Below, in pieces: positions 17,545 to 27,140 of a stretch of 64,000 nt of DNA (position 1 is its first letter; the number at the start of each line of letters is the position of its first letter). A program made the position numbers and the translations under genes. This DNA is from Candidatus Wallbacteria bacterium (GTDB taxonomy: Bacteria; Muiribacteriota; UBA9980). The notes under the pieces are model-generated. The model was given only the letters and a program-made list of their open reading frames with translations. It was not told where the DNA came from and ran no database searches. The DNA lies in contig JASDSY010000029.1 of NCBI GenBank assembly GCA_041441465.1, positions 72,197-136,196 on the forward strand, in the 5' to 3' direction.

Positions 17545-20223
17545 ATGCAAAAGCTACCAATTATTATTCCGGAGTACTATAAATTAAGCAATGGATTTTC
17601 AATCTGCCTGTGCGGCAATTTTCCTTATAAATCCTCGCAAATATCGGTTTTATTTTTGTCTAAATGCGGGCTTTATTCAGAAACTCCTGAAAAGGCCGGA
17701 ATTACACATGCTCTTGAACATATGCTGTTTAAAGGCACGAAAAAACACAGCAATTTTGAATTTATGGCCGAAATTAACTCTCTGGGCTCGTCAGTTGACG
17801 CTTTTACAGCCGCCGATTCAATGTGTATCGAACTTATGTCGCCGGCTGATAATTTCGAAAAATCATTTTCACTATTTTCAGATTTGATCTTAAACCCGGT
17901 ATTCCCTGAAAAAGAAGTCGAGCTTGAAAAGAAAGTTGTAATAAATGAAATTCTTTTTTATGAGGATGATCCTGAAGATTTGCTGACGCTGCGCCTCGAA
18001 AGTGAATGTTTCAAAGGGACATGTTATCAAAATCCAATACTTGGAACGCGAAACAGTGTTAATTCGTTGACACGCGAAGAATTTCAAAAATATCATAAAG
18101 ATTATTTCACTCCGGAAAATTGCATGATGACTGTTATCGGCGATTTTAACGAACCTGAAATGGCCGGATTTATCGAGAAGTTTTTCGGCGAAAAAAAATG
18201 GAAACGTTCAAAGACCGGCCCTAAATATTTTAATTTAACAAATATAAACGATAAACCGACGCACAGCGTTATAAAAAGACTTGATAAGTTTTCACAAAAT
18301 TATCTCGGCTTCTCATTTGTGCTGCCGCCCTCGATCGCCGGAATTGATTCGTCGGCCATGATTTTGCCTTATGTGTTCAGCTCATTGAAATCATCGCCGC
18401 TCGGCTTTTTACTGCGCGAAAAAAATAATATCGTAAATGCTTTTAGCGCCGATTTGATATTTAAGCAGGGCGCATGGATGATGTCTCTTATCGCTTCGTG
18501 TGAGCCGCGTTATATGAATAAGGTTAAAAATATTATTCTTAATTTTATAAAAAGAGCTTCGTCGCTTGTTTCCAGAGAATTATTCGAAAGCGCCAGGAAT
18601 TTAATATTGCTCGATTACTTTCAGGAAATCGAGACTGCTAAGAATTATTGCAATGAACTTACCACATTTAACCATATAATCGGCGAAACTTCCTATAACA
18701 AATCTATCGAAAATCTTCTTAAAATATCATACGAAGATTTTCTTGATTATCTTTCTAAATATGTTGAACCGGCAGTTTTACATTTTGTCGAAATAATTTC
18801 GAAAGAAGTAAATTCATTTAAACACAATGCGGAATACATAAAACTTAAAAATCCTGACTTGGGCAAAGCTAACGCCGCAAATTTCGGATATGAAAATTCA
18901 TTCTATAAATTAAAAAAATATAACCCTAAATTATCTGCGGATGTTTCATGCAATACGGATAATCCGGCAAGACCTATTATCTCAACCATAGATACATCAT
19001 TGTTGTACTCAACCCTTAATATGTGGATCGAGGGCGGTGTCATAGCCTCACAAATACCCGGAGACGCTTATATTTTTAGCGAATTATTCGGCAAAAAAAC
19101 TCACTTATTGTCAAGTTATGATAATTTTATAAAAAATGACTATCTCGGCATATATTATGACTGCAACATATTTCTTGATTATGTCCTTATAGAAGCCGTC
19201 TGCCCTGGTAAATTTACCGGCGATAAAATAAAAAGGCTCGATGAATTTCTAAATGATTTTGATTTTACAGGCGATATGCTGAAAAAAGCCAAGCAGGTCG
19301 TTAAACGTTCAGTTGCAGGCGTTTATGACGATGTGTTCGAATATCCGTTCTGGAATTTCATTAAAATCCTTTTCGAAGGTAAATGCTATTCAAAATCAAT
19401 ATTCGGTAATGAAAAGTTTTTGTCTGAAATCAACGCGGAAAACGTTATTAATTATTATAACAACCTCAAAAACAGCTCGTCGAGATATTGCATTTCATAT
19501 TCAGCGGCCGTAAATTCAGCCGAAATTATAAAAAATAATCTTTCTTATATTAATTTATCAAGCCGGCGTCCGTTAGATATAAATCCCAATATGCAGGGCG
19601 GCAAATTAATTAACGGCTGTTCCAATATATTCAATAAATTTGATAAAAACGCTTTTTTAAACTCCGGTATCGGCGGCAAAACCATTGAAATAAAGTCAAG
19701 GCAGCAGCAGGCTACCGTTTTAATAGGCGGTTACGCTCCTGAAATCGCTAACGGCGATTCATTGGCTTTTTCTATAGCTAATTATATACTCGCCGATTAT
19801 ACCGGTAAAAGATTATGGGATCTGCGTGAATCCCACGGCCTGTGCTACAACATATTTTCTGAATATATTCCGTTGGCATACTCCGGCGTGTTTTTTTGCT
19901 ATGCCAATACCGACATAAATAAACTTGGTACCGTCGCCGAAAAAATATGCTGCGAACTAGATAAGTATTGCGCTGACGGCCCTACCGAAAAGGAAGTGGC
20001 TGAAGCTAAAATGCAGCTTATAAAGAAGATGGAGCTGGGGCTTAATTCGAGTGCCAGCCTGTCAAAAGCTGCCGGTAGTTCCATATTTTACGGCAAAACG
20101 CTGAGTGAATTCCTTGAATATAAAAAACGTATCGAAAGCGTTGAAGTGAATAAAATCAACGCGGTCATAAGAAAATACATGTCACCAAAAAAATTGCTTA
20201 CTTTAAGGGTTTTGACTTCATAA
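17545..20223 (+). CDS. Two-unit M16-family zinc metallopeptidase (pitrilysin-like; inverted zincin HxxEH)
   Basis: 892 aa. The inverted zinc motif GITHALEHMLFKG lies near residue 56, and the length fits a fused active plus inactive M16 unit. Confidence 0.8.
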   Translation: MQKLPIIIPEYYKLSNGFSICLCGNFPYKSSQISVLFLSKCGLYSETPEKAGITHALEHMLFKGTKKHSNFEFMAEINSLGSSVDAFTAADSMCIELMSPADNFEKSFSLFSDLILNPVFPEKEVELEKKVVINEILFYEDDPEDLLTLRLESECFKGTCYQNPILGTRNSVNSLTREEFQKYHKDYFTPENCMMTVIGDFNEPEMAGFIEKFFGEKKWKRSKTGPKYFNLTNINDKPTHSVIKRLDKFSQNYLGFSFVLPPSIAGIDSSAMILPYVFSSLKSSPLGFLLREKNNIVNAFSADLIFKQGAWMMSLIASCEPRYMNKVKNIILNFIKRASSLVSRELFESARNLILLDYFQEIETAKNYCNELTTFNHIIGETSYNKSIENLLKISYEDFLDYLSKYVEPAVLHFVEIISKEVNSFKHNAEYIKLKNPDLGKANAANFGYENSFYKLKKYNPKLSADVSCNTDNPARPIISTIDTSLLYSTLNMWIEGGVIASQIPGDAYIFSELFGKKTHLLSSYDNFIKNDYLGIYYDCNIFLDYVLIEAVCPGKFTGDKIKRLDEFLNDFDFTGDMLKKAKQVVKRSVAGVYDDVFEYPFWNFIKILFEGKCYSKSIFGNEKFLSEINAENVINYYNNLKNSSSRYCISYSAAVNSAEIIKNNLSYINLSSRRPLDINPNMQGGKLINGCSNIFNKFDKNAFLNSGIGGKTIEIKSRQQQATVLIGGYAPEIANGDSLAFSIANYILADYTGKRLWDLRESHGLCYNIFSEYIPLAYSGVFFCYANTDINKLGTVAEKICCELDKYCADGPTEKEVAEAKMQLIKKMELGLNSSASLSKAAGSSIFYGKTLSEFLEYKKRIESVEVNKINAVIRKYMSPKKLLTLRVLTS

Positions 20224-20245
20224 ACATTTTTTTAATATTTTTATA

Positions 20246-20766
20246 CGGGGGACACAAAGGGTTTAACCCTTTGATTTCCCCCGCACCCCCTCTTTAATCC
20301 TGCTATATCTACCGTTGCTTTGGGCGATTCTATCGTTTTATTTTGTGATTTTTAATATTCGCAAAGCGCGGCCTGCGCCGCTTACTTTGCGAATATCCAG
20401 CAATCGGCCGCGAGAATTTATCATATATTTACGCTATATCGTTTGCGGCCGAAGGTGAAGAAACATGAATGGCTGAAGCTTTTCCTCGGCACGTGAAACG
20501 TGCTAACACAGACTTCAAAGTATCTTGTAACTGCATTTCGCGTAAGCTTATGCGTGAGTATCAGCTTACGCGATTGCTGAATTTGTGCAAAGGAAACAGT
20601 TTAGAAACAAAATAAAAAAGCACTATTGATATAATAAAAATAATACTCTAAAAAACTTTTTACGAGTGAACGACTTCCGCAGGCGCACTTGTGGTCGAGG
20701 GTCGGGCTTGGCGCCGAGGACCAAGTGAACGAGAAAAAAGTTTTTTTATTCCTTATCCGCCCCCTT
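20246..20766. repeat. Structured GC-rich noncoding element, copy A, in the convergent gap after pilO
   Basis: No ORF. 5' nested G-rich hairpin gggggacacaaagggtttaaccctttgatttccccc. Decamer aatcctgcta at 20296-20305. Bulged hairpin at 20355-20396. Further perfect stems at 20404-20451, 20489-20503 and 20539-20572. 3' motif ccttatccgccccc at 20751-20764. Copy B at 25031-25445 is homologous. Confidence 0.6.
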
Positions 20767-20812
20767 TATGTAAAAGTCACAATAGCTTCGTGAATGGAAA
20801 GAAAAAAAATAT

Positions 20813-21385
20813 TTATTTTTTTAATATTTCGTTAAGGTTAATTTTCCCTGACGGCGAGTAAAAAGAATAAGAAATTAATGTCGGTGCGTCACTTAGTTCT
20901 TCTATTGTGATAGATTCCGTGAGTGCTCTCCTGTTTGAGCATATATTGGCAGATATATTCAAGAAATCTGAAATTTTGATATTTTTGATGTTCAACGTGC
21001 CGCTTAATGATTCCATAAAAGCGAAAGTTTTGATTCCGTAAGTTAATTCATAATCAGGTACGGCGGTTACTTTTTGAATTATTTCCCTGATATTTCGCTG
21101 CTTTATTTCGATAGTCTCGGTCGAAGCATTTTTTGAAACCGTGTCTGAAATGATATTTATGTCTTTTAATAGATTTTGTTTTTCGCTGTTTAATGCGCCG
21201 GCTTTTGTTTCAGCCTCTTGAGCGCGGCTTTCGAGCGATTGTGCGGCCTGCTTTAATGACGCCGCATCGCTTCTTTGCGGAAGCACGACTATTATTCTGA
21301 AAAAACCGACAAGCAGAAGGATAAAGGTGTTTATCGCGATTATATAAATGATTTTATTTTGAATGCTATCGTTCAAATATTTCAT
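20813..21385 (-). CDS. pilO: PilO-like type IV pilus inner-membrane assembly protein
   Basis: 190 aa with a single N-terminal TM helix then a coiled-coil region. It is the last gene of the pilC-B-M-N-O order. The sequence assignment is weak and rests on context. Confidence 0.45.
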   Translation of the reverse strand: MKYLNDSIQNKIIYIIAINTFILLLVGFFRIIVVLPQRSDAASLKQAAQSLESRAQEAETKAGALNSEKQNLLKDINIISDTVSKNASTETIEIKQRNIREIIQKVTAVPDYELTYGIKTFAFMESLSGTLNIKNIKISDFLNISANICSNRRALTESITIEELSDAPTLISYSFYSPSGKINLNEILKK

Positions 21386-22031
21386 CCCCTTTGATTTTAA
21401 TGATTACGCGCGCAGAAACGCCGTTAAGATTTGATCCTGAGGCTGCCGGAGTGTTTGTTCTGGTTTCGGCGTATTCGTTATTTATGAAAACGCTTTCGAC
21501 CCATTTTATTTTTTTGAGCTGCTCAATAAATGCTGAAAGAGCGTTCATATTTTTAACTGTTATAAAAAAGCTGCCCGTTAAGCTGCCGAAGTTAATGTTG
21601 AAATTTTTAACGCTCAATATTTCAGGAATATTCCTGCGTATCTTCAGAATGTCGTTAACTATTTCCGTATCGTTTGTTTTGCGGCTTGTCAGTGAACTTT
21701 GCGAATTTTTCAGGCTTTCTTTAAGTTTAGATATTTTTGTCTTTACCTCGTCGCTTATTGCTATCTCGGCGCTTTCGCCTGAAAACATTCCGCCAGCCCT
21801 GACAGTATTATTTTTTAGCGCCTTTTCATGCTGGTTTATTTTTGACTGCAGCGCTGAAATTTTTAAATTCGCGTCGTAAATTTCGCCTTTATAATCGTAA
21901 TAACTATACATCGAAAATATGAAATAGAGGAACGGAATAATTGAAATACCGTATTTAACGGCTTTGAATGACAATGAATTTTCATTCATTGCCGGCCTGG
22001 CAATTTTAAAATCCATTTTTATGCTTTTCAT
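21366..22031 (-). CDS. pilN: PilN-like type IV pilus inner-membrane assembly protein
   Basis: 221 aa with a TM helix (ISIIPFLYFIFSMY) plus coiled coil, downstream of pilM. It overlaps pilO by 20 nt. Confidence 0.45.
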   Translation of the reverse strand: MKSIKMDFKIARPAMNENSLSFKAVKYGISIIPFLYFIFSMYSYYDYKGEIYDANLKISALQSKINQHEKALKNNTVRAGGMFSGESAEIAISDEVKTKISKLKESLKNSQSSLTSRKTNDTEIVNDILKIRRNIPEILSVKNFNINFGSLTGSFFITVKNMNALSAFIEQLKKIKWVESVFINNEYAETRTNTPAASGSNLNGVSARVIIKIKGDEIFER

Positions 22032-22108
22032 TTTTGCTCCGATTCTTCCTTAAAATTTTACAATGCTATCTATAATTTAAATATATTCTTTGTGTTATTG
22101 AAAACAGG

Positions 22109-23086
22109 CTAATTTGTGCCGTCGAATAGTAACGGCGAATATTGTATTTTTTCGGTATTTTCCAGAAGTTTTATGTTAACAGCCAGAAAATTTTCTAAAA
22201 ATAATTTAATATTGGGTGTTTTTCCGAATCCGCCTGAGATTACTATTTCAGAAAGTTTTATATGCGGATATTTCGATATAAAAAACTCGTAGGTTATATG
22301 CAGTTCCTTTAAAAACTTGTCAGTTGCCTTAAGTTTATGTGATTCAAACTCGGAAAGCGAGTTGAAGTCGATTTTATCCGGAAAGATTTTATGTTCCGAT
22401 ATTTTTTTTGCAGATTCGCTTTTGGAAATTGGATGTTTAAGTTCGAGTGTTTCTATTATCTCATCGGCGAAATGCCTGCCTGCTGTTTCTATTATCCTTA
22501 CATAAACCGGTTCTGAGTCCACGAAAAAATAAAATGTGGTAACCTCATGGCCGATGTTTAATAGTCCGAAATTTTCCTTTAAAATTCCATTTTGTGAAAT
22601 GAAATTATATATTGCATGACACGACATATCGATTGACATAATTTTTATTTTCGCGTTTTCGAATAACTCGGTCAATTTATTTATCAATTCTTCTTTTACA
22701 AGGCAAACGTAGCAGTCGGCGTATAATTTGCCGGTTTCGATGTCTTTTTCGGTTTTGCATATATGCGCGTCTATTTTACAGCCGCTGTAAACTTCCTCGC
22801 GGATCTGGTCGCGCGCGCGCCAGAGGATATACTCTTTTGTGTATTCGGCCGGTAAATCGTTTACTCTTACGAATATCTGCCGCGCCCACTGGTCAGGCAG
22901 AAGAAGGTTGATTTTGGTTATTCCCTCTTTCCTTAATTTTTCAATATATCCGGCAAGTTCGGTTTCGTTTATTTGCGGAATTGTAAAAGTGCCGCCGATA
23001 ACGTCATTTCCAAAAATATATTCGTGAAAATTTCCGTTTTTTGTGTATTTAAGGCTGTATCCGCCTATGTCCACGTTAGAAACCAC
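22109..23086 (-). CDS. pilM: PilM, actin-like type IV pilus assembly ATPase
   Basis: 325 aa. N-terminal VDIGGYSLKY (actin-fold phosphate-1) and C-terminal ISGGFGK, in the pilB-pilM-pilN order. Confidence 0.7.
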   Translation of the reverse strand: MVSNVDIGGYSLKYTKNGNFHEYIFGNDVIGGTFTIPQINETELAGYIEKLRKEGITKINLLLPDQWARQIFVRVNDLPAEYTKEYILWRARDQIREEVYSGCKIDAHICKTEKDIETGKLYADCYVCLVKEELINKLTELFENAKIKIMSIDMSCHAIYNFISQNGILKENFGLLNIGHEVTTFYFFVDSEPVYVRIIETAGRHFADEIIETLELKHPISKSESAKKISEHKIFPDKIDFNSLSEFESHKLKATDKFLKELHITYEFFISKYPHIKLSEIVISGGFGKTPNIKLFLENFLAVNIKLLENTEKIQYSPLLFDGTN

Positions 23087-23109
23087 GGGACGCTCCTTTC
23101 TAACTGCGT

Positions 23110-24981
23110 TTAATCTTCAAATGTAACTCTGTTAATTTCCTCGATTGTAGTCATGCCTTCGATGACTTTTGCCCAGGCAGCCTGCCTGAGAGTTTTCATT
23201 CCTTCACTGATTGCCTGGCTTTTAATTTCAAGCGGCGACGCTTTTTTTAATATCAGCGACTTAATTTCATCGGACAAAGCAAGTGTTTCATAAATGCCGG
23301 TGCGCCCTTGATATCCGGTATTATGGCAGTAACGGCAGCCTTTGCCCCTATATAATTTACGGCCGCCGCAATATTTTTCAAAATCGCTAATTAGGGCCGT
23401 AGTTTCTTTATCAGGAACATATTCCTCTTTGCAGTTCGAGCATATTTTCCTGATAAGGCGCTGTGAAATGATCAGGTTAAAAGATGCGGCGAATTGGTAA
23501 GGTTCGACACCCATATTTGTAAGACGCGCTATAGCGTCTATTACGTTATTGGCGTGTATCGTCGAAAGTACAAGATGGCCTGTTAATGCTGCATTGACTG
23601 CAATTGCGGCAGTTTCGGTATCGCGTATTTCGCCTATCATGATTTTATCCGGGTCCTGTCTTACAATCGAACGAAGTCCAGACGCGAACGTCAGACCCTT
23701 TTTTTCGTTGACGTTAACCTGGACTATATCGGGTATCTGGTATTCTACGGGGTCCTCTATCGTAATGAGTTTGTCTTCAGGTGTTTTAATCGCTTTAATG
23801 GCCGAATAAAGCGTCGTGGTTTTGCCCGAACCTGTCGGCCCAGCCGATAAGATCATTCCGTAAGGTTTGAATATGTTTTTTTTGAATTTAAGCATATCTT
23901 CAGACGGGAATCCGAGTTTTTCAAGGTCAAGGCCGACCGCGTTCTGGTCTAAAATTCTTATTACGACGGTTTCACCAAAAATGGAAGGCAGTACGGATAC
24001 TCTGAAATCTATGTTTCTGTCGTCGATATATGCCTTAAAACGACCGTCCTGCGGCACGCGTTTTTCTGAAATATCGAGATTAGCCATATTTTTAATTCGC
24101 GATACTATAAAGTTCCGCGATTTTGGATCGATTTTTTTCACGTTAAAAAGCGCGCCGTCGATCCTGAATTTAACTTTCATTTCTTCTGGATAGATCTCAA
24201 TATGAATATCTGATGCTTTTTTGCGTATGGCTTTTATTAATATAGAATTAACCGTATTAACGATAGTCGCGTCGGAATATGTCTTGAGAAATTCCATATC
24301 GCCTTTATCATCGGTATCGTCTTCGCTGAGACTCTTTATAGCGACTGTTTCTTCGGTTTCAGAAAATAACGCGCTTTCACTTAATGAAGTTTCGGCCACA
24401 AGGTTGATCACTCTCATAATTTCGGATCTTACAGCTACGTAAGAAATTGTTGGAATACCTATTATCGACTCGATTTCTTCGATGCGTTCCACATCTGACG
24501 GGTCGTCCATTAATATTATTAATTTGTCGCCCTCTTTTTTGTATGGTATGAAGTTATAACGTCTGACAATGTTTATATCGAATTGGGAAAAAAGCGCGTC
24601 GTCAATTTTCATTTCGCTTAAATCTATGAATTCGGTTTTATGCTGAATGGCTACGGCTTTATAAAGATTTTTAGGCTTAATAAGTCCGCGGTCAACGATC
24701 AATTCTTTTAAATTTAACGGCATGCCGTTAAATTCATTTATTATTTTTTCGAGCTCGAAAGGCGAGAGCATTCCTTCGGAAATCAAAACATCCTCGAGCG
24801 AATGTGATTTCATGGCATAAAAATAATATTTATATGCGTCGTTTTCGTCCAATAAAACGCCGTCAGCAATTAAATTTTTTAATCCGTCTTGAAAATCTTT
24901 TGTAACCAGCTCATTGTAATTTTCAAGGGTGATTTTGCCTTTTAATTTAAGCTCATATAATATCTTTTCCCAGACTTTCAT
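23110..24981 (-). CDS. pilB: PilB/GspE-family type IV pilus assembly ATPase
   Basis: Walker A GPTGSGKTTTLYSA, Asp box, His box and the tetracysteine CSNC...CRYC motif are present. SD ggaggc lies upstream. Confidence 0.9.
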   Translation of the reverse strand: MKVWEKILYELKLKGKITLENYNELVTKDFQDGLKNLIADGVLLDENDAYKYYFYAMKSHSLEDVLISEGMLSPFELEKIINEFNGMPLNLKELIVDRGLIKPKNLYKAVAIQHKTEFIDLSEMKIDDALFSQFDINIVRRYNFIPYKKEGDKLIILMDDPSDVERIEEIESIIGIPTISYVAVRSEIMRVINLVAETSLSESALFSETEETVAIKSLSEDDTDDKGDMEFLKTYSDATIVNTVNSILIKAIRKKASDIHIEIYPEEMKVKFRIDGALFNVKKIDPKSRNFIVSRIKNMANLDISEKRVPQDGRFKAYIDDRNIDFRVSVLPSIFGETVVIRILDQNAVGLDLEKLGFPSEDMLKFKKNIFKPYGMILSAGPTGSGKTTTLYSAIKAIKTPEDKLITIEDPVEYQIPDIVQVNVNEKKGLTFASGLRSIVRQDPDKIMIGEIRDTETAAIAVNAALTGHLVLSTIHANNVIDAIARLTNMGVEPYQFAASFNLIISQRLIRKICSNCKEEYVPDKETTALISDFEKYCGGRKLYRGKGCRYCHNTGYQGRTGIYETLALSDEIKSLILKKASPLEIKSQAISEGMKTLRQAAWAKVIEGMTTIEEINRVTFED

Positions 24982-25030
24982 TTTGCCTCCGGTATGAACT
25001 AATTAGGTTTTATTTAATATTGATTTAAAG

Positions 25031-25445
25031 TCAGGGAAAGGCGAAGGGATTATCCCTTCCCTTTCCCTGAAACCCTATCCAATCCTGCTACTTTTTTGTT
25101 CTTAATCATCGCGAAGCGCAAATTTCATTTGCTTACTTCGCGATGATCCGGCATTCAAAATGAAACTGTTATTCATAACAGTTTCATTTTGAAACGAAGA
25201 GTTCAGATTTCCACATCGTTTTTTTATCAAATTGTTACGCATTTCGTGGCGTTCGACTGCAAACGATAAGTATGGATAATCTGAAAAATTTCACGCAGTC
25301 GATTGCCATGTTACATCAAACGCCGCGCGTTTGATGTAACTAAAAACGCAAAAAAATATAATCCGCCATCACAACGGTAGAAATAGCGGGAGTCACAGGG
25401 GGAAATGGGGGAGATAGAGGGCCATTGGCCTTCTGTCGCCCCCAT
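25031..25445. repeat. Structured GC-rich noncoding element, copy B, between pilC and pilB
   Basis: No ORF. 5' nested hairpin cagggaaagg-cgaagggat/tatcccttc-cctttccctg. Decamer aatcctgcta at 25081-25090. Bulged hairpin at 25105-25147. 19-bp palindrome at 25154-25193. 13-bp-arm hairpin at 25310-25338. 3' motif ccttctgtcgccccc at 25429-25443. Confidence 0.6.
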
Positions 25446-25468
25446 CAAAATTCCCTGGTAATAATTTA

Positions 25469-26692
25469 TCAATTAACGATAGTAGCCGCACCGATCATTG
25501 GAAGAAGGATAGCTATAATAATAACACCAAAAATTCCAATTACGCTTATTAATATAATCGGGCCGAACGCTGACTCGAGCGTGTTTATAATATCGTCAAG
25601 TTCGCTTTCCATAGTTTCCGAGATATGTTTAAAGACTTCGGGCAGATTATTGGAGTCTTCGCCGGCTTTGATGAGGCCGGGAATAAAACCGGCCGCGAAA
25701 TTCGACTGCTCGAATGAGTGATAGATAGAATTGCCGGTCTTAATGCTTATGACGGCGTTTTTGAGCCGTTCCAGTATTATGTTGTTACTGATGACATTCT
25801 GACTAACTTCGATCGCGCTAATGACATTTATGCCTGAATTTATAAGTAATCCGGCTGTTTTATAATATATAGCTAAAGTTTTTTTATAAATGAATTGATT
25901 GATTACAGGAAGTTTAAGTGTAAATTCGTCGATAATACGAGCGGCTTCCGGAGTTTTTTGCCATCTATATATTACGTAAACAAGAAGGCCTGACATAAGG
26001 AGAAGCTGAAAATAGAATTTAGCGATAATATCGGCGATAAAAAATACGAATTCAGAAACGGGCGGAAGATTGGCATTCATTTCCGAAAAAAGTTTTGTGT
26101 ATGTGGGGACGATGCTTACGAAAAGGTAGCTTACGGCGATAGTGCTTAAAATCATTATTATCAGCGGATATAAAGAAGCTGATAATAATTTTTTTTGAAG
26201 CGCCTGTTTTTTCTGGTAGTAATTGCGCAAATTATCGAGGGCCGGGCTTAAGTTGCCGGTAGTTTCGGCGCTCGCGATGGTTTTAACGAAAAGTTCGTCG
26301 AATATGTCGCCGCGCCGCGACAGTGCTATTGAAAGCGGGATGCCGTGCGCGACTGAAGTTTTGATATCATTTATTAACTCTGCGGAATAGCTGTCCGGGG
26401 ATTTTTCCGATAATGCTTTAAACGCCTCAGTAACTGACATGCCTGAATTTAAAAGCATCGCTAGTATTCTTGAAAATTCGATTATATATGAATTCTTCTT
26501 GAATTTAAATTTCAGTGCCTGCAGATTTTCGTATGTGAATACATTAGAAAATCCCGACTGGCTTTTTTCGATTTCGAGAGGAAAATAGCCCTGATTGGTA
26601 AGAGCTGCGCAAACTGCCTCGCGCGTCTCGCCTTCGATAGTAAATTGTTCGGTTTTACCCTGCCTGTCGGCGACTTTAACTTTATAATTCAT
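25469..26692 (-). CDS. pilC: PilC/GspF-family type IV pilus platform protein
   Basis: 407 aa with two T2SSF-type repeats and three TM segments, upstream of pilB on the same strand. Confidence 0.85.
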   Translation of the reverse strand: MNYKVKVADRQGKTEQFTIEGETREAVCAALTNQGYFPLEIEKSQSGFSNVFTYENLQALKFKFKKNSYIIEFSRILAMLLNSGMSVTEAFKALSEKSPDSYSAELINDIKTSVAHGIPLSIALSRRGDIFDELFVKTIASAETTGNLSPALDNLRNYYQKKQALQKKLLSASLYPLIIMILSTIAVSYLFVSIVPTYTKLFSEMNANLPPVSEFVFFIADIIAKFYFQLLLMSGLLVYVIYRWQKTPEAARIIDEFTLKLPVINQFIYKKTLAIYYKTAGLLINSGINVISAIEVSQNVISNNIILERLKNAVISIKTGNSIYHSFEQSNFAAGFIPGLIKAGEDSNNLPEVFKHISETMESELDDIINTLESAFGPIILISVIGIFGVIIIAILLPMIGAATIVN

Positions 26693-26882
26693 TATTTTGC
26701 CTTTTTATAAAAAAATGCATAATTTAGGGATTATTATACATCATTTAAGTTACTTTTACAATGTATTAATAAAAATAACTAAATTTTGAGTATTTAACCT
26801 ACAATATGCACTAAATAAAATTGAATTTACTATTTTTTTACTTTACAAAAAGAATATTTGTGATATTATTAAATTTTTATAA

Positions 26883-27140
26883 ATGTTTAATAATAAAATT
26901 GAAAAAATAGAAGATGCTTATAATAAGTATATCCTGATAGAAAAGTATTCATACATTTCAAGTATAGATAAGATACGTGAGAATGAATTTAATCTCAATA
27001 TTCCTCGTTATGCCGATACTTTTACAGGAGAAGAACACGTTGACATGGATGCTGTAAAAGAAAATATCGAAAAAAATTGAGGACGAACTTAAAGGCATAA
27101 AAGCGCAAATGAATAAATACCTGAAAGAACTTGGTTTATA
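26883..27140 (+). pseudogene. hsdM: Remnant of the C-terminus of a type I R-M M subunit (HsdM), frameshifted
   Basis: ENEFNLNIPRYADTF, VDMDAV and KENIEK resemble the conserved HsdM C-terminal tail (dynLsvsrYv...). After the stop, the next frame continues IEDELKGIKAQMNKYLKELGL, which is also HsdM-tail-like. No N-terminal methylase domain is present. Confidence 0.45.

Noticed and set aside
20246-20766. Considered whether GC-rich structured element A is a standard housekeeping ncRNA (tmRNA, RNase P RNA, SRP/4.5S, 6S), since GC-rich islands in AT-rich genomes often are
   Set aside because: No tRNA-like acceptor/T-arm (GGTTCGANTCC...CCA) or tmRNA 5' GGGG..TTCGAC pairing on either strand. No RNase P universal motifs (GGAAAGTCCGGGCT / AGGGTGAAA). 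No SRP domain IV (GGTGCTGTTTACCAGGTCAGGTCCGGAAGGAAGCAGCC). The presence of homologous copy B argues for a repeat family instead.
25425-25721. 98-aa plus-strand ORF spanning the end of element B into pilC
   Set aside because: Mostly antisense to pilC with low-complexity Ile/Ser-rich composition. Shadow ORF.
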